DNA of 64,000 nucleotides from an uncultured Candidatus Rokubacteria bacterium (GCA_963762145.1 CAVXJS010000022.1:73885-137884); one strand, 5' to 3'; numbered from the stretch's first letter, positions 28,847 to 38,054 are shown. Translations and numbers: made by a program. Notes: a model not told the origin generated them from the letters alone.

Positions 28847-30055
28847 ATGACTAGGGACGACCAGATCACGGTTTCAGCTACACGTTCGGCCCGAGCGTAT
28901 CTGAAGGATGGGTTCAAGGTCATCCCAGTGCCCGCGGGTAAAAAGGGCCCACGTATTAAACGATGGCAAGAACTCAACATCTCGAGGCAGGAGGTCGCCC
29001 AACATTTCAACGCTCGCAACAACATCGGGGTGCTGCTAGGCGCGAAGGCAGACTGGCTCGTCGACGTCGATCTGGACGCCGATGAGGCGGTGACAGCGGC
29101 AGAGGCTTTCTTGCCCAAGACGGGCTGGGTCCACGGTCGCCCGGGGAAGCCGAGGTCTCATCGGTTTTATAGGGCCAAAGGCGTGAAGACGAAGCGGTTC
29201 ATCGATCCGAAGGGCCAGTGCCTCGTCGAGCTCCGGAGCACGGGTTGCCAGACCCTTGTCCCGCCAAGCCTTCATCCTTCCGGGGAGCGTTACCGGTGGG
29301 ACCAGCAAGGCAAACCGAACCGCGTTCCGGCCAAAGAACTCTACCAGCGTGTCGCCCGCGTGGCCGCCTGCACGCTGATCGCGCGGAGCTGGCCGAAGCG
29401 GGGAGATCGCCACTCCTGTGCGCTGGCCCTCGCGGGCTTGCTTCTCGGGGCGGGTTGGTCGGCCAAGCAGGTCGAACATTTCCTCGCGACGGCCGCTCGG
29501 ATCGCGGGCGACGAGGAGTATAGGAAGCGGACCAGCGTTGTCCGGGATACCAAGAAAAGGCTGTCGATGGGCAAGCCCGTCACCGGACGTCGTGCGCTCG
29601 AGAAGATCCTCGGCGCTTCGGTTGTCCATCTCATCTCGGATTGGCTCGAAGCTACGCCGAATCCTGCGAAGGGCCCTCGCGACCGGAGCTCGGAAAACCG
29701 TGATTTCAACCTGACGGCCGTCCGTCTGCTCGAGCTGGATCAGCCTCAGCGTCGGATCGTTGAAGTCAAGGCCGAGATCGCAGGTGCGGTTGAGACATTC
29801 CACGTCCTCCCGGCTGTCGTGAGGGATGCCAAGAAGTTGGCCAGCGTCATAGCGGATCGCCCAGGGGAGATGCTCAACAATGATGATCCGCGACTGGTCC
29901 GACTTCGTCACCAGATTCCTAGCATTCCGCGCGTTCACGCCGTCTCACAACTCGGCTGGACGGCCACACACGACGTCTTTATGTACGGTACGCGTCCCCT
30001 GCGAACCGCCGGCTTCCATGGGGAGGCTATCTTTCTCACCGGCGAGACACGGTGA
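28847..30055 (+). CDS. bifunctional DNA primase/polymerase (Prim-Pol, AEP superfamily) domain protein
   Basis: 402 aa. The N-terminus YLKDGFKVIPVPAGKKGPRIKRWQE...NIGVLLG...VDVDLD...HRFY follows the Prim-Pol N-terminal domain pattern. Confidence 0.8.
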   Translation: MTRDDQITVSATRSARAYLKDGFKVIPVPAGKKGPRIKRWQELNISRQEVAQHFNARNNIGVLLGAKADWLVDVDLDADEAVTAAEAFLPKTGWVHGRPGKPRSHRFYRAKGVKTKRFIDPKGQCLVELRSTGCQTLVPPSLHPSGERYRWDQQGKPNRVPAKELYQRVARVAACTLIARSWPKRGDRHSCALALAGLLLGAGWSAKQVEHFLATAARIAGDEEYRKRTSVVRDTKKRLSMGKPVTGRRALEKILGASVVHLISDWLEATPNPAKGPRDRSSENRDFNLTAVRLLELDQPQRRIVEVKAEIAGAVETFHVLPAVVRDAKKLASVIADRPGEMLNNDDPRLVRLRHQIPSIPRVHAVSQLGWTATHDVFMYGTRPLRTAGFHGEAIFLTGETR

Positions 30056-31260
30056 TGTCGGCCGTACCGGATCTGGACCCGAAGGGAACACGACAAAAGC
30101 AGTATCACTACCTGCGAGAGCTATGGAAAGAACCCATGGGTCGCTTGGTGCTCGCGCTGTCGGCAGCATCGCCAGCCCTCGAGCTCGTTGGCGCCCCGAC
30201 GACCGTCTTTCACCTCGCGGGGCCGACGGGGATCGGCAAGTCCTGCTTGTTCCGGCTCGCGATTGCTGTCTACGGAAACCCGGGCGGGTCACTCCTGCGC
30301 TTCGATGTGTCGAAGGACACGCAGAACTACATGGATGCGCGACTCGGCATCGTCCGACATTTCCCCGTCCTAATTGACGAGACCACGTTGCTTGATTCTG
30401 ACGCGATCAGCAAGCTTGCCTACAATGTGGCGCTGGGCGCAGATAAGGGTCGGCTCGGCGGAACGGACAAGGGCTTTACACCCACTGATCCCAATCCCTA
30501 TCGCCTGGTGGCCCTAATGTCGGGCGAGCATTCCATCCGCGACCAAGTTGAGCATAGCGGTGCGACGGCGCGAATCGCCGAGATCGTTCTGGACAAGCCC
30601 ATCTTTGAAGTTACCGAGTTGCGTCGGTGGTATCAGCGTGCCGACTACCATCATGCTTGGATCGGCCGCGACCTCATTCAGAGCGTGATCACGAGGTACC
30701 AGGGGGACGAGACCAATCGGTGGGCTCGGCTATTCAAGCTCTACAACCGCATCCACCAGAACACCGCGAAGTGGTGTCACAATCACGGGCGGGTGATTGA
30801 TTTTCTGGCCGTGCTGCAGCTTGGATTCGTCCTAATGTATCGCCAGCTCATGATGAAGTTCCGGCCCCTCCGACACGGAGAGCTGAAGACGATCCGTGGG
30901 AAGGCGCGCACATTTGCAAGGCAGATCTATGGGCAGCTCAACCTCGTCGTTGGGGTCGATCACGTCCTGAATGAGATCCGGCAGCTTCCGAAGATCTACC
31001 GGTGGGTGAAGAAGGGTCTCGTGCCGCTCCGCATCCTCGAGCCCGTCGCCATCCGTCTAGGGATGGTTCAGCGGGGTCGGCTCACCGCGATGCTGAAGAG
31101 ACACAATATTAGTTCCGGCGTTCAGCCCCGGCAGATCCAGTTCAACAAGACAGCGGCCCGAATTTCTTGTCGCTGTGTCCTGCTGACCACGGAAGGTATG
31201 AAGCGCCTTTCGGATAGGTATGAACACAACCGAGTCTTCAGGCGGAGGAGACTAAGCTGA
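30052..31260 (+). CDS. DUF927-like P-loop NTPase (SF3-type helicase partner of Prim-Pol)
   Basis: 402 aa overlapping the Prim-Pol stop. Walker A GPTGIGKS, Walker B PVLIDETT. Position and size are typical of DUF927 helicases. Confidence 0.75.
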   Translation: MMSAVPDLDPKGTRQKQYHYLRELWKEPMGRLVLALSAASPALELVGAPTTVFHLAGPTGIGKSCLFRLAIAVYGNPGGSLLRFDVSKDTQNYMDARLGIVRHFPVLIDETTLLDSDAISKLAYNVALGADKGRLGGTDKGFTPTDPNPYRLVALMSGEHSIRDQVEHSGATARIAEIVLDKPIFEVTELRRWYQRADYHHAWIGRDLIQSVITRYQGDETNRWARLFKLYNRIHQNTAKWCHNHGRVIDFLAVLQLGFVLMYRQLMMKFRPLRHGELKTIRGKARTFARQIYGQLNLVVGVDHVLNEIRQLPKIYRWVKKGLVPLRILEPVAIRLGMVQRGRLTAMLKRHNISSGVQPRQIQFNKTAARISCRCVLLTTEGMKRLSDRYEHNRVFRRRRLS

Positions 31261-31327
31261 CTACGCTCTCAGAGGGTACCCCCAGGCTCGGCGTACACAG
31301 CAGAACCACAAACAAACGAGACTTATT

Positions 31328-31450
31328 TGGGGAGAGAGGAGAGACAGTGGAGAGAGAGAGAGAGAGAAAGAGAGAGAAGAGAGAAGAGAGAGAAGAGAGA
31401 GAGAGGGAGAGAGAGAGAAGTCAGAGAGAAGGGAAGGAGACGAAACGGAA
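31328..31450 (+). repeat. polypurine (GA-rich) tract, copy 1
   Basis: About 120 nt that are almost only G/A on the plus strand (ggagagagaggagaga...gagagagagaag...). The ORFs over it (MERERERKREK...) are low-complexity artefacts. Confidence 0.9.
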
Positions 31451-31464
31451 AGATCCTAGCAGGA

Positions 31465-31575
31465 CTGATTGGGACCCTTCCACCAACGTAGTCAGCGTAG
31501 TCGGCCCGCATTTCAACATCGCGATTTGGTACCCGTTCCACCAACGTAGTTAACGTAGTTGGTTCGCGTCCCAAC
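31465..31575. repeat. two tandem ~54-bp iteron-like units (putative replication origin of the element)
   Basis: Unit pattern ctgattgggtacccttccaccaACGTAGTcaACGTAGTcgg..cgcgtcccaac at 31465-31516 and 31522-31575. Each contains a tandem 9-mer (C/T)A(A/G)CGTAGT. Confidence 0.65.
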
Positions 31576-32044
31576 ACTACATGAATCAGCTATGCCTGTC
31601 TGCGCCTCGCCGATTCTTATAGCCGATCCGCGCCTCGCGACGGCGAGAAGGGGGCTCGAGGAGGGCTGGAGCACCCCTAGGACCAACGATCCATTCGGCC
31701 CTCCTAGTCTCGCCTCTCCCCGTGATCTGACCCTTGGTTTACAGGCGGTTTCGCCCCTTAGGGGAGCGTTGAGCCTTACTTCGTGAAGTGAACGTCAGGT
31801 TCCGCTCACTGTTTGGAGGATAGACAAATGCGCCTCAAGAGACCGACCTCGTTATTTTGCCTTGCACCTCGGGAAAGGAGGGACGCCGAACAAAGTGGCC
31901 AGAGAAACGTCTTCGTGACTTCCTCGGTCCTCAGGCTGCCAAAATACTTCGTGCTGGTCGGAAGGACGCGTTTAACCATCCCAAGACTCGCTTTTCCCAA
32001 AGACGCCCAAGTACCCGAAGACACCGCGTAGGGCGCTACTAGAC

Positions 32045-32491
32045 ATGTATAGTGGCAATCTTTACACTTCATCCTTCAAGCGACTCCTTCGTCGACTGCT
32101 GAGACATGGGGTCTATGTGCTAGTACTCACAGGTGGCCACGGCTTCGGACATCCGCAGGAGCGGAAACGCAAGTACGATGCTCATCTTCCTGCTATCGCG
32201 CCCGTCTGGAGAAAGCACCTCCCAGTGATACTCGAGGATTTCATCACTCGAAACCGCATCAGGCGCGTATTTATTGCCTGCTCACAATCCTATGCCCGTG
32301 TTTTGAGTAGCGGATCTGATAAATGGGCATCCCGGGTCTCCGTTTTCTGTTACACGCCGCGTACACGCCCTGGTAGGGGAAATCGGGCCTCGGATATCGC
32401 CGCTCAAAACCGGCACGCGATCCGAGCGTTGGCCAAGTCAGGCAAACCAGACAAACGATGGAAGCGTGGTCCTAAGCCTGACCTGAGCTAG
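32045..32491 (+). CDS. hypothetical protein (possibly DUF6884-like, N-terminus may be missing)
   Basis: 148-aa ORF in a visibly lower-GC segment. MYSGNLYTSSFKRLL...VLVLTGGHGFGHPQERKRKYD pattern. The family assignment is only a weak recollection. Confidence 0.4.
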   Translation: MYSGNLYTSSFKRLLRRLLRHGVYVLVLTGGHGFGHPQERKRKYDAHLPAIAPVWRKHLPVILEDFITRNRIRRVFIACSQSYARVLSSGSDKWASRVSVFCYTPRTRPGRGNRASDIAAQNRHAIRALAKSGKPDKRWKRGPKPDLS

Positions 32492-32807
32492 ACCGTCTTC
32501 TACTCTTTTCCGGCTCGGAGTTCGAGGCTCGTGGGTGTTGCCCGCTGCAAGGGCTAGGATCGACCCAGCGATTCCTACTTGCCTGGCTTGACACGATTCG
32601 CAGGCTGATGGACGATCCGGCAGGGCAGGTTTCTGGGGGTCAAAAAGTGGTGAATTCGGGTATTCCGCTGCTATTGCAAATCCGCTAGGCGGGCTAGTAT
32701 GTCGGCTATACCCCCTCACATTCGAGTAGCGTTCGTCTGAATTGCTCTGGCTTAGCCAGTTTAGTTCCTCAAGCTGGGAGACATCCGCGATCAAAGCCAC
32801 CGGATTC

Positions 32808-32912
32808 TTGAAGAGACACGGTCTTAGCTCCGGTGTTCAACCCCGCCAGATCCGTTTTAAGAAGACGGCGGCCCGAATTTCCAGTCGCTGTGTGAACCGC
32901 CTTTCGGGTTGA
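32808..32912 (+). pseudogene. 3' remnant of a second, diverged DUF927-type helicase gene
   Basis: Translates to LKRHGLSSGVQPRQIRFKKTAARISSRCVNRLSG*, parallel to LKRHNISSGVQPRQIQFNKTAARISCRCV at the end of 30052..31260. Confidence 0.6.
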
Positions 32913-33008
32913 TAGCAGCCCGTGTCCTCGCCTTCAGACGAGTGACTACCCTGACTACGCTCCCGGAGTCGGTACCCTCGAGCGTGAGCATACAAACACA
33001 CACTCAAA

Positions 33009-33060
33009 ACCAGAGAGAGAGAACGAGAGAGAGAAAGAAGAAGGACGGAGAAGGAAGGGA
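33009..33060 (+). repeat. polypurine (GA-rich) tract, copy 2
   Basis: aaaaccagagagagagaacgagagagagaaagaagaaggacggagaaggaaggga. Same relative position as copy 1. Confidence 0.8.
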
Positions 33061-33080
33061 CACATCATAATAGCGGCTAG

Positions 33081-33134
33081 CTGATTGGGTACCCTTCCGC
33101 CAACGTAGTCAACGTAGTCGGCTCGCGTCCCAAC
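33081..33134. repeat. third iteron-like ~54-bp unit
   Basis: ctgattgggtacccttccgccaacgtagtcaacgtagtcggctcgcgtcccaac. Confidence 0.65.
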
Positions 33135-33235
33135 CCGACATGGCGCCGTCAGCTTGCTTGCAGGTGAACTCGAATGTGGGAGAAAAGTCCGTGGTTCTAC
33201 CCCTTCTGCTCCTAGGAGATGTCCGTTAGAAGGCT

Positions 33236-33850
33236 ATGGAGTCGGCTATGCCCGTCCGCACCTCGCCGATTCTTACAGCCGAACCTGACTTCGACGAGCT
33301 CGACAAGGTCTACCTTTGGGGGTTACAGGTCTTTGGAGACCGCCCCGGGCCACACATGGCGGCCTTCCTAGGTTTTGGCGCCGATGGTGATCAAGAGGGA
33401 TGGGAGACGTTTCTCGCAACAGCAGAAAGGATCTTCAACGAATACGGCGACCTCCCATTTGTGCACTGGAGTCAATATGAGCGGGTACGTCTCGACGTCT
33501 ATCTTGAACGGTTTGGAGATCGGCGCGGCATAGGGGGCCGAGTTCGGGCGAATCTGTGTGATCTCCTCCGCGTAACCCAGAATGCCGTGGCTCTTCCGCT
33601 CCCGAGTTACAGCCTCAAGGTGGTGGAGAAGCACGTCGGCTTCGAACGGAAACTCGTGGACACTGGCGGGGCGTGGGCCATCGCGAAGTACATCGAGGCA
33701 GTGGAGACTGAAGACATTGCGCAGCGTGCTGCTCTCATCGACGAGGTTCGCGCATACAACGAAGAGGACCTAGCGGCCACATGGGCAGTTCTTCGGTGGC
33801 TCAAGAGGAAGACCGCGGCCCAGCAATTCCGCTCGTATTACGTGCCTTAA
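33236..33850 (+). CDS. RNase H-like / PolB-exonuclease-like domain protein (RNase_H_2-type, as in C-termini of RecB-family TM0106-like nucleases)
   Basis: 204 aa. PDFDELDKVYLWG...FVHWSQYERVRL...PSYSLKVVEKHVGF...YNEEDLAATWAVLRWL motif order. Confidence 0.65.
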   Translation: MESAMPVRTSPILTAEPDFDELDKVYLWGLQVFGDRPGPHMAAFLGFGADGDQEGWETFLATAERIFNEYGDLPFVHWSQYERVRLDVYLERFGDRRGIGGRVRANLCDLLRVTQNAVALPLPSYSLKVVEKHVGFERKLVDTGGAWAIAKYIEAVETEDIAQRAALIDEVRAYNEEDLAATWAVLRWLKRKTAAQQFRSYYVP

Positions 33851-34306
33851 CATTTCCTAACCGGCACTTCATAGTCAGCATCAGTCAGCGCTTTCCCCTC
33901 CAATCTACTGTCGCATTCGTTCTCGTGCCTCTCTGATTTGCTCGGCGGCGTGCTTCTTCTCGAGGCGCTCGATCTCCGCGGCCTTCGCCTCGTCCATGCT
34001 TGCGGGCTCGATGTCGACCGTCCCATAAAGTTGGCGGAGTCGACGGGCTCGCACCCGGGCGTGCTGCTCGTGGGCGTGTTCGCCACACTCCCCGATTCGC
34101 TAGCTCCGCGCCTCGCCCTCCCGGGCGGCTTCCCGCCGCACACGCGCCGGCTGCTGCACGCTTGGCCGGCCGAGGGGCGTTGCCGCAGGCGTTCACGCTA
34201 TGATCCGTCCGACCCCCCAGAGCGGTGCGGAAGCCCTGGAGCGTAGCCACCTCATGTCTGCCCCTCCAAGTGCTCCACGCGGTGGCCAGAAGCCGAACGT
34301 TCGGCT

Positions 34307-34496
34307 CTGATAGACTCCCTGCGGCCGGTCTGCGAGGCCTGCGGAGGGCCGCGGGAGCCCCGGAAGCGCGAGCATCTCGGATAAGTGCCGGGCCGCCTTG
34401 AGTCGGCGGCACCGCAAGGATGCCCAACGGACCCGCGATGAGACGATCCGCACCCTCTCGGAGACCGCCCTGGAGAAGTTGGGGGAGCGCCCATGA
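34307..34496 (+). pseudogene. small zinc-ribbon protein (CxxCG...CSDKCRxxxxRRHR tail) with apparent frameshift
   Basis: LIDSLRPVCEACGGPREPRKRE is in one frame and ISDKCRAALSRRHRKDAQRTRDETIRTLSETALEKLGERP* in the next. The stop overlaps the start of the following SBP gene. Confidence 0.35.
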
Positions 34497-35467
34497 ATCG
34501 CCGAACGTTCCTTAGCGGCCTTAGCGGCAGCCTCCTCGCCGCGCCGCTCGCCGCCGAGGCGCAGCGGCCGTCGAAGATCCCCGAGTCGGGCTCCTGAGGA
34601 CCGGCTCTCCTCCAGATCCGGCTCTCGACGCCTTCAAGCAAGGACTTCGCGAGCTTGGCTATGTCGAGGGACAGAACATAGTGCTCGACGTGCGCTTCGC
34701 CGCGGGACGGCTGGATCGGTTGTCCTCACTCGCCGTCGAGTTGGTCCGCCGCGACGTGGATGTAGTCGTGACGGGCGGGGAAGCCGCGATTCAGGCGGCG
34801 CGGGCCGCGACGCGCAACATCCCGATCGTATCGGCGCCAGCAACGATCCGGTCGGTGCCGGCCTCGTTGAAAGTCTCGCTAGACCCGGCGGGAACATCAC
34901 CGGCTCGACTATTCTGGCCCCAGAACTGAGCCGGAAGAGATTGACCTCCTCAGGGAGACGAGGCCAGGTATTGTCCGCGTGGCGGTTCTCTCCGACCCAA
35001 CGTCTTCGGGCACTGGGCGAGATCTGGAGGAAACGCAGAGCGCCTCTCGGGTGTTGGGCTTCACGCTCCAAGTCTGGACTGTGCGCGCCCCGAAGGACCT
35101 CGATGAGGCGTTTGTGGGTATGAGAAGAGAGCGTGCCGAGGCACTGATGACCCTGGCCGACCCGCTATTCACAGCATCGCGCGTGAAGATCGTCAAGCTG
35201 GCGGCGGCAACCCGTCTGCCCAGCGTCTACTACTGGAAAGATTTTGTCGATGCCGGCGGGCTCATGTCATATGGGCCGAGTCTCCAGGATCTCTATCGGC
35301 GGGCGGCCACCTACGTCGATAAGATCCTGAAGGGAGCCAAGCCGGGAGACCTCCCCATCGAGCAGCCGACGAAGTTCGAGCTGGTCATCAACCTCAAGAC
35401 AGCCAAAGCCCTCGGCCTGACGATCCCGCCCTCGCTGCTGCAGCGGGCGGATCAGGTGATCGAATGA
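34493..35467 (+). pseudogene. ABC_sub_bind-type (orphan) substrate-binding protein, multiply frameshifted
   Basis: MNRRTFLSGLSGSLLAAPLAAEAQRPSKIP start. Homologous segments lie in ORFs 34681..34929 and 34979..35467. Ends ...QPTKFELVINLKTAKALGLTIPPSLLQRADQVIE. Confidence 0.75.
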
Positions 35468-36471
35468 TGAAGCCACAAACCGCACGTGACCCAGGGATCA
35501 CACGGCGCACGTTCGTTGCGGGTCTTGCCGCGCTCGCAATCCCGCTTGATGCGAAGGCACAGCAGTCGGGACTCTCTGTGATCGGGTTCCTGAACGGCGC
35601 GTCGTATGAACTGTCTAAGCACCTCGTGCGCGCGTTCCACGAGGGCTTGGCGGAAACCGGCTATGTCGAGGGCCGCAACGTAACGGTCGAATATCGTTCC
35701 GCTGAAGGTCAGTATGATCGGCTCCCGTCACTGGCGGTCGATCTCGCTCGACTTCACGTCAACGTCATTGTCGCGACCGGCACGCCGACTGGCCTGCCGG
35801 CGAGGGCGGCCACGACGTCGATCCCGATCGTCTTCGTGACCGGCAGTGACCCGATCGAACAAGGCCTGGTCACGAATCTGAGCCGACCCACCGGCAATCT
35901 CACCGGCGCCACGACGCTTGCCGTGGAATTGGGCCGGAAGCGCATGGAACTGCTGAAGGAGTTGGTGCCGTCGGCGAAGCTCATGGGCGTGCTCATCAAC
36001 CCGACCGGTCCGAATCTCAAGGCTGTGCTGCACGACATACATGCGGCAAGCCGAACCGTTGGTCTGCCGATCCATATCGTCCATGCGAGCACCGAACGGG
36101 AGCTCGAGACCGCCTTTGCGTCGTTCGTCCAGCGACGGGTAAGCGCGGTCGTCATCGGCACCGATACCTTCTTCAATTCTCAGAGCGGAAGGCTCGCAGC
36201 CCTGACCGTTCGGCATGCCCTGCCCGCGGTCTACCAGTACCGCGAGTTTGTCGCGGCGGGCGGTCTCATGAGCTACGCCGGGAGCATCACAGACGCGTAC
36301 CGCGTCGCGGGGTTGTACACCGGGCGGATCCTCAAGGGGGCGAAGCCCTCCGAGCTGGCCGTCCAGCAGTCTACAAAGGCTGAGCTCTTCATCAATGCCA
36401 GAACCGCGAAAGCGTTCGGCCTCACGATCCAGCCCTCGCTGCTGGTGCGCGCGGATCAGGTGATCGAGTAG
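35464..36471 (+). CDS. ABC_sub_bind-type periplasmic substrate-binding protein (no cognate permease/ATPase adjacent)
   Basis: Intact 335-aa ORF with a Tat-like signal (TRRTFVAGLAALAIPLDAKAQQ). Family tail FGLTIQPSLLVRADQVIE. Confidence 0.9.
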   Translation: MMKPQTARDPGITRRTFVAGLAALAIPLDAKAQQSGLSVIGFLNGASYELSKHLVRAFHEGLAETGYVEGRNVTVEYRSAEGQYDRLPSLAVDLARLHVNVIVATGTPTGLPARAATTSIPIVFVTGSDPIEQGLVTNLSRPTGNLTGATTLAVELGRKRMELLKELVPSAKLMGVLINPTGPNLKAVLHDIHAASRTVGLPIHIVHASTERELETAFASFVQRRVSAVVIGTDTFFNSQSGRLAALTVRHALPAVYQYREFVAAGGLMSYAGSITDAYRVAGLYTGRILKGAKPSELAVQQSTKAELFINARTAKAFGLTIQPSLLVRADQVIE

Positions 36472-36475
36472 CACG

Positions 36476-36625
36476 ATGCCCGAGCTCCTCGCCGCCCTCG
36501 ACGCCTTCATGCAGGAGCACCGCCGTTGCGGCATGCTGGACGGCGGGGTGGACGGTTCAGTGGTGTGGAGGAGCTGCGAATGCGGGGCACGGATCGCTCA
36601 CTCAATCGCGGAGGGAGCCGGATGA
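36476..36625 (+). CDS. hypothetical 49-aa Cys-containing protein
   Basis: ATG 36476 to TGA 36623-36625. MPELLAALDAFMQEHRRCGMLDGGVDGSVVWRSCECGARIAHSIAEGAG. Below the ORF-track cutoff and read manually. Confidence 0.3.
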   Translation: MPELLAALDAFMQEHRRCGMLDGGVDGSVVWRSCECGARIAHSIAEGAG

Positions 36626-36708
36626 CCCGACGCTGGCCGTGCATCCTGATCGTCTGCTGCCGCGTCGAGGAGCGAGGCTGGTTGCCTTAGGCCCGTTGAC
36701 AGACGCAG

Positions 36709-37143
36709 TTGCCCTGTGGTGCAGTGGCACGGCGTGTGAGTCCCGCGAAACCATCAGCTCCTCGAGACCCGGCTAGACCCGTTCGAGTCGTCATCGCAGA
36801 TGACGATGTCGAAGTCCGCACACTGGTCGACTTCATCCTCCGGCAAGACCCGACGGTTCTTCTGGTTGGGGAGGCAGAGGATGGAGAGTCAGCCATCATC
36901 CTCGTTCGCCAAGCGCAGCCGGATCTCGTCCTGATGGACGTGATGATGCCCGGCGTCGGGGGGCTCGAAGCGACACGGCGGATCAAACGGGAGTGGCCCG
37001 AGACGAGGGTTCTAGTCCTGACTAACCTGACCGATGATGACACGCGCCGCTCGGCGTTCCTGAACGGCGCCGACTCATTCATCACCAAGCGCGACATCGC
37101 GACCCGGTTGCTCGTCGCGATCAAGGACACGATTCAGGCCTAG
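36709..37143 (+). CDS. single-domain response regulator (CheY-like receiver)
   Basis: VRVVIADDDVEVR...DLVLMDVMMPGVGGLEATRRIK...VLVLTN receiver motifs. The true start may be downstream of 36709 (TTG). Confidence 0.85.
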   Translation: MPCGAVARRVSPAKPSAPRDPARPVRVVIADDDVEVRTLVDFILRQDPTVLLVGEAEDGESAIILVRQAQPDLVLMDVMMPGVGGLEATRRIKREWPETRVLVLTNLTDDDTRRSAFLNGADSFITKRDIATRLLVAIKDTIQA

Positions 37144-37161
37144 CCATCTACTCCCTGTTGG

Positions 37162-37401
37162 CTACGACTCGGGCAGCGCCTGCTTCAAGACCCTCCAGAG
37201 CCCGTCGCAGGCGACGTGGAAGCGGAGTGTGTGCCCGTCCGACATCGCCTCCTCGTGTTCCGGCTCGCTCGACGTGATGGGCGCGTCGCATCCGTCGCAT
37301 GTCAGACCGGTGCCGTAGCCGCCCCACGTCTTGACAGAATCGGCGGTCGGAAGGATGCCCCGCCACAGCTTGTCGGTGATCCGCCGAGAGGCCTCGTCCA
37401 T
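37162..37401 (-). CDS. hypothetical small Cys-rich protein
   Basis: 79-aa ORF containing LTCDGCDAPI...FHVACDGLW. No family recognised. Confidence 0.4.
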   Translation of the reverse strand: MDEASRRITDKLWRGILPTADSVKTWGGYGTGLTCDGCDAPITSSEPEHEEAMSDGHTLRFHVACDGLWRVLKQALPES

Positions 37402-37509
37402 GGGGTACGGGACTGTACCATACGGGACAGTCCCGCAGTTGGTCTTCGCGTTAGGCTCCTACTTATGATCAGGAATTAGTCCCTCCGGAAGCTGCGAGAG
37501 TCCGCAGGA

Positions 37510-37668
37510 ATGACCCAGGCCGAGATGGCTGAACTGCTTCGAGTGCCGTTGCTCACGCTTACGAAGTGGGAAGCGGGCTCGCTCGACCAGAAGGCTAAGG
37601 CGCTGCACGGGCTACTCGCTGCTCGGGCCGAGAAGACGAACTCGCGACGCGGTAGTGCACGCCCTTAG
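37510..37668 (+). CDS. short XRE-like helix-turn-helix protein (possibly N-terminally truncated)
   Basis: MTQAEMAELLRVPLLTLTKWEAGSLDQKAK.... The in-frame upstream RKLRESAG is preceded by a TAG. Confidence 0.35.
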   Translation: MTQAEMAELLRVPLLTLTKWEAGSLDQKAKALHGLLAARAEKTNSRRGSARP

Positions 37669-37982
37669 GCCAGCCCCCGCTCTTGGGGCTTGGGCGGCTT
37701 TATCGCGTCAACAGCTCGGCGGAGCTTCTCCGAAACAATCTCGGGCGGGCGCACCTCGAGGAACGCTTCGAGTTCGGCCGGGGTGAACTCGACCGACGCC
37801 GTAGCCCCACGACACGAAAGCTTCATCGTCCACGGCTCGCCAGGCGTCGGGAGCTCGAGGCGCCCGTCGAACCAGAGTGGCGAGCCGCGGTCGAGCACCA
37901 TCCCGTGCTCGGCCAGAATGCGGCCTAATCGCTCGGTGACCCGCATCTGTGCATCCAGCACCCCGCGCTGAGTGTAGTCCAA
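37665..37982 (-). CDS. hypothetical protein
   Basis: 105-aa ORF convergent with the HTH ORF. No family recognised. Confidence 0.35.
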   Translation of the reverse strand: MDYTQRGVLDAQMRVTERLGRILAEHGMVLDRGSPLWFDGRLELPTPGEPWTMKLSCRGATASVEFTPAELEAFLEVRPPEIVSEKLRRAVDAIKPPKPQERGLA

Positions 37983-38054
37983 TTTTCTACCTCGCCCGGA
38001 GCGGCAGTTTGTTGATCGGGGTGCGTCAGCAGTAGACCCCCAGTGTGGGCGGGA

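Noticed and set aside
31347-31553. 68-aa 'MERERERKREKREEREER...' ORF and its antisense partner 31323..31577
   Set aside because: Both are products of the GA/TC low-complexity tract, with no coding signal. They are treated as a repeat or origin-like structure instead.
31328-33134. Possible CRISPR array suggested by repeated units
   Set aside because: Only three ~54-bp units exist. Two are directly adjacent and one is 1.5 kb away. There are no regularly sized unique spacers and no cas genes. The units are better explained as iterons duplicated with their flanks.
33885-34427. 180-aa minus-strand ORF and other ORFs in 33850-34300
   Set aside because: Arg/Ala/Pro/Gly-rich with no motifs. Only a short helical peptide (…MDEAKAAEIERLEKKHAAEQIREARERMRQ*) and the zinc-ribbon fragment look coding. 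The region is treated as decayed.
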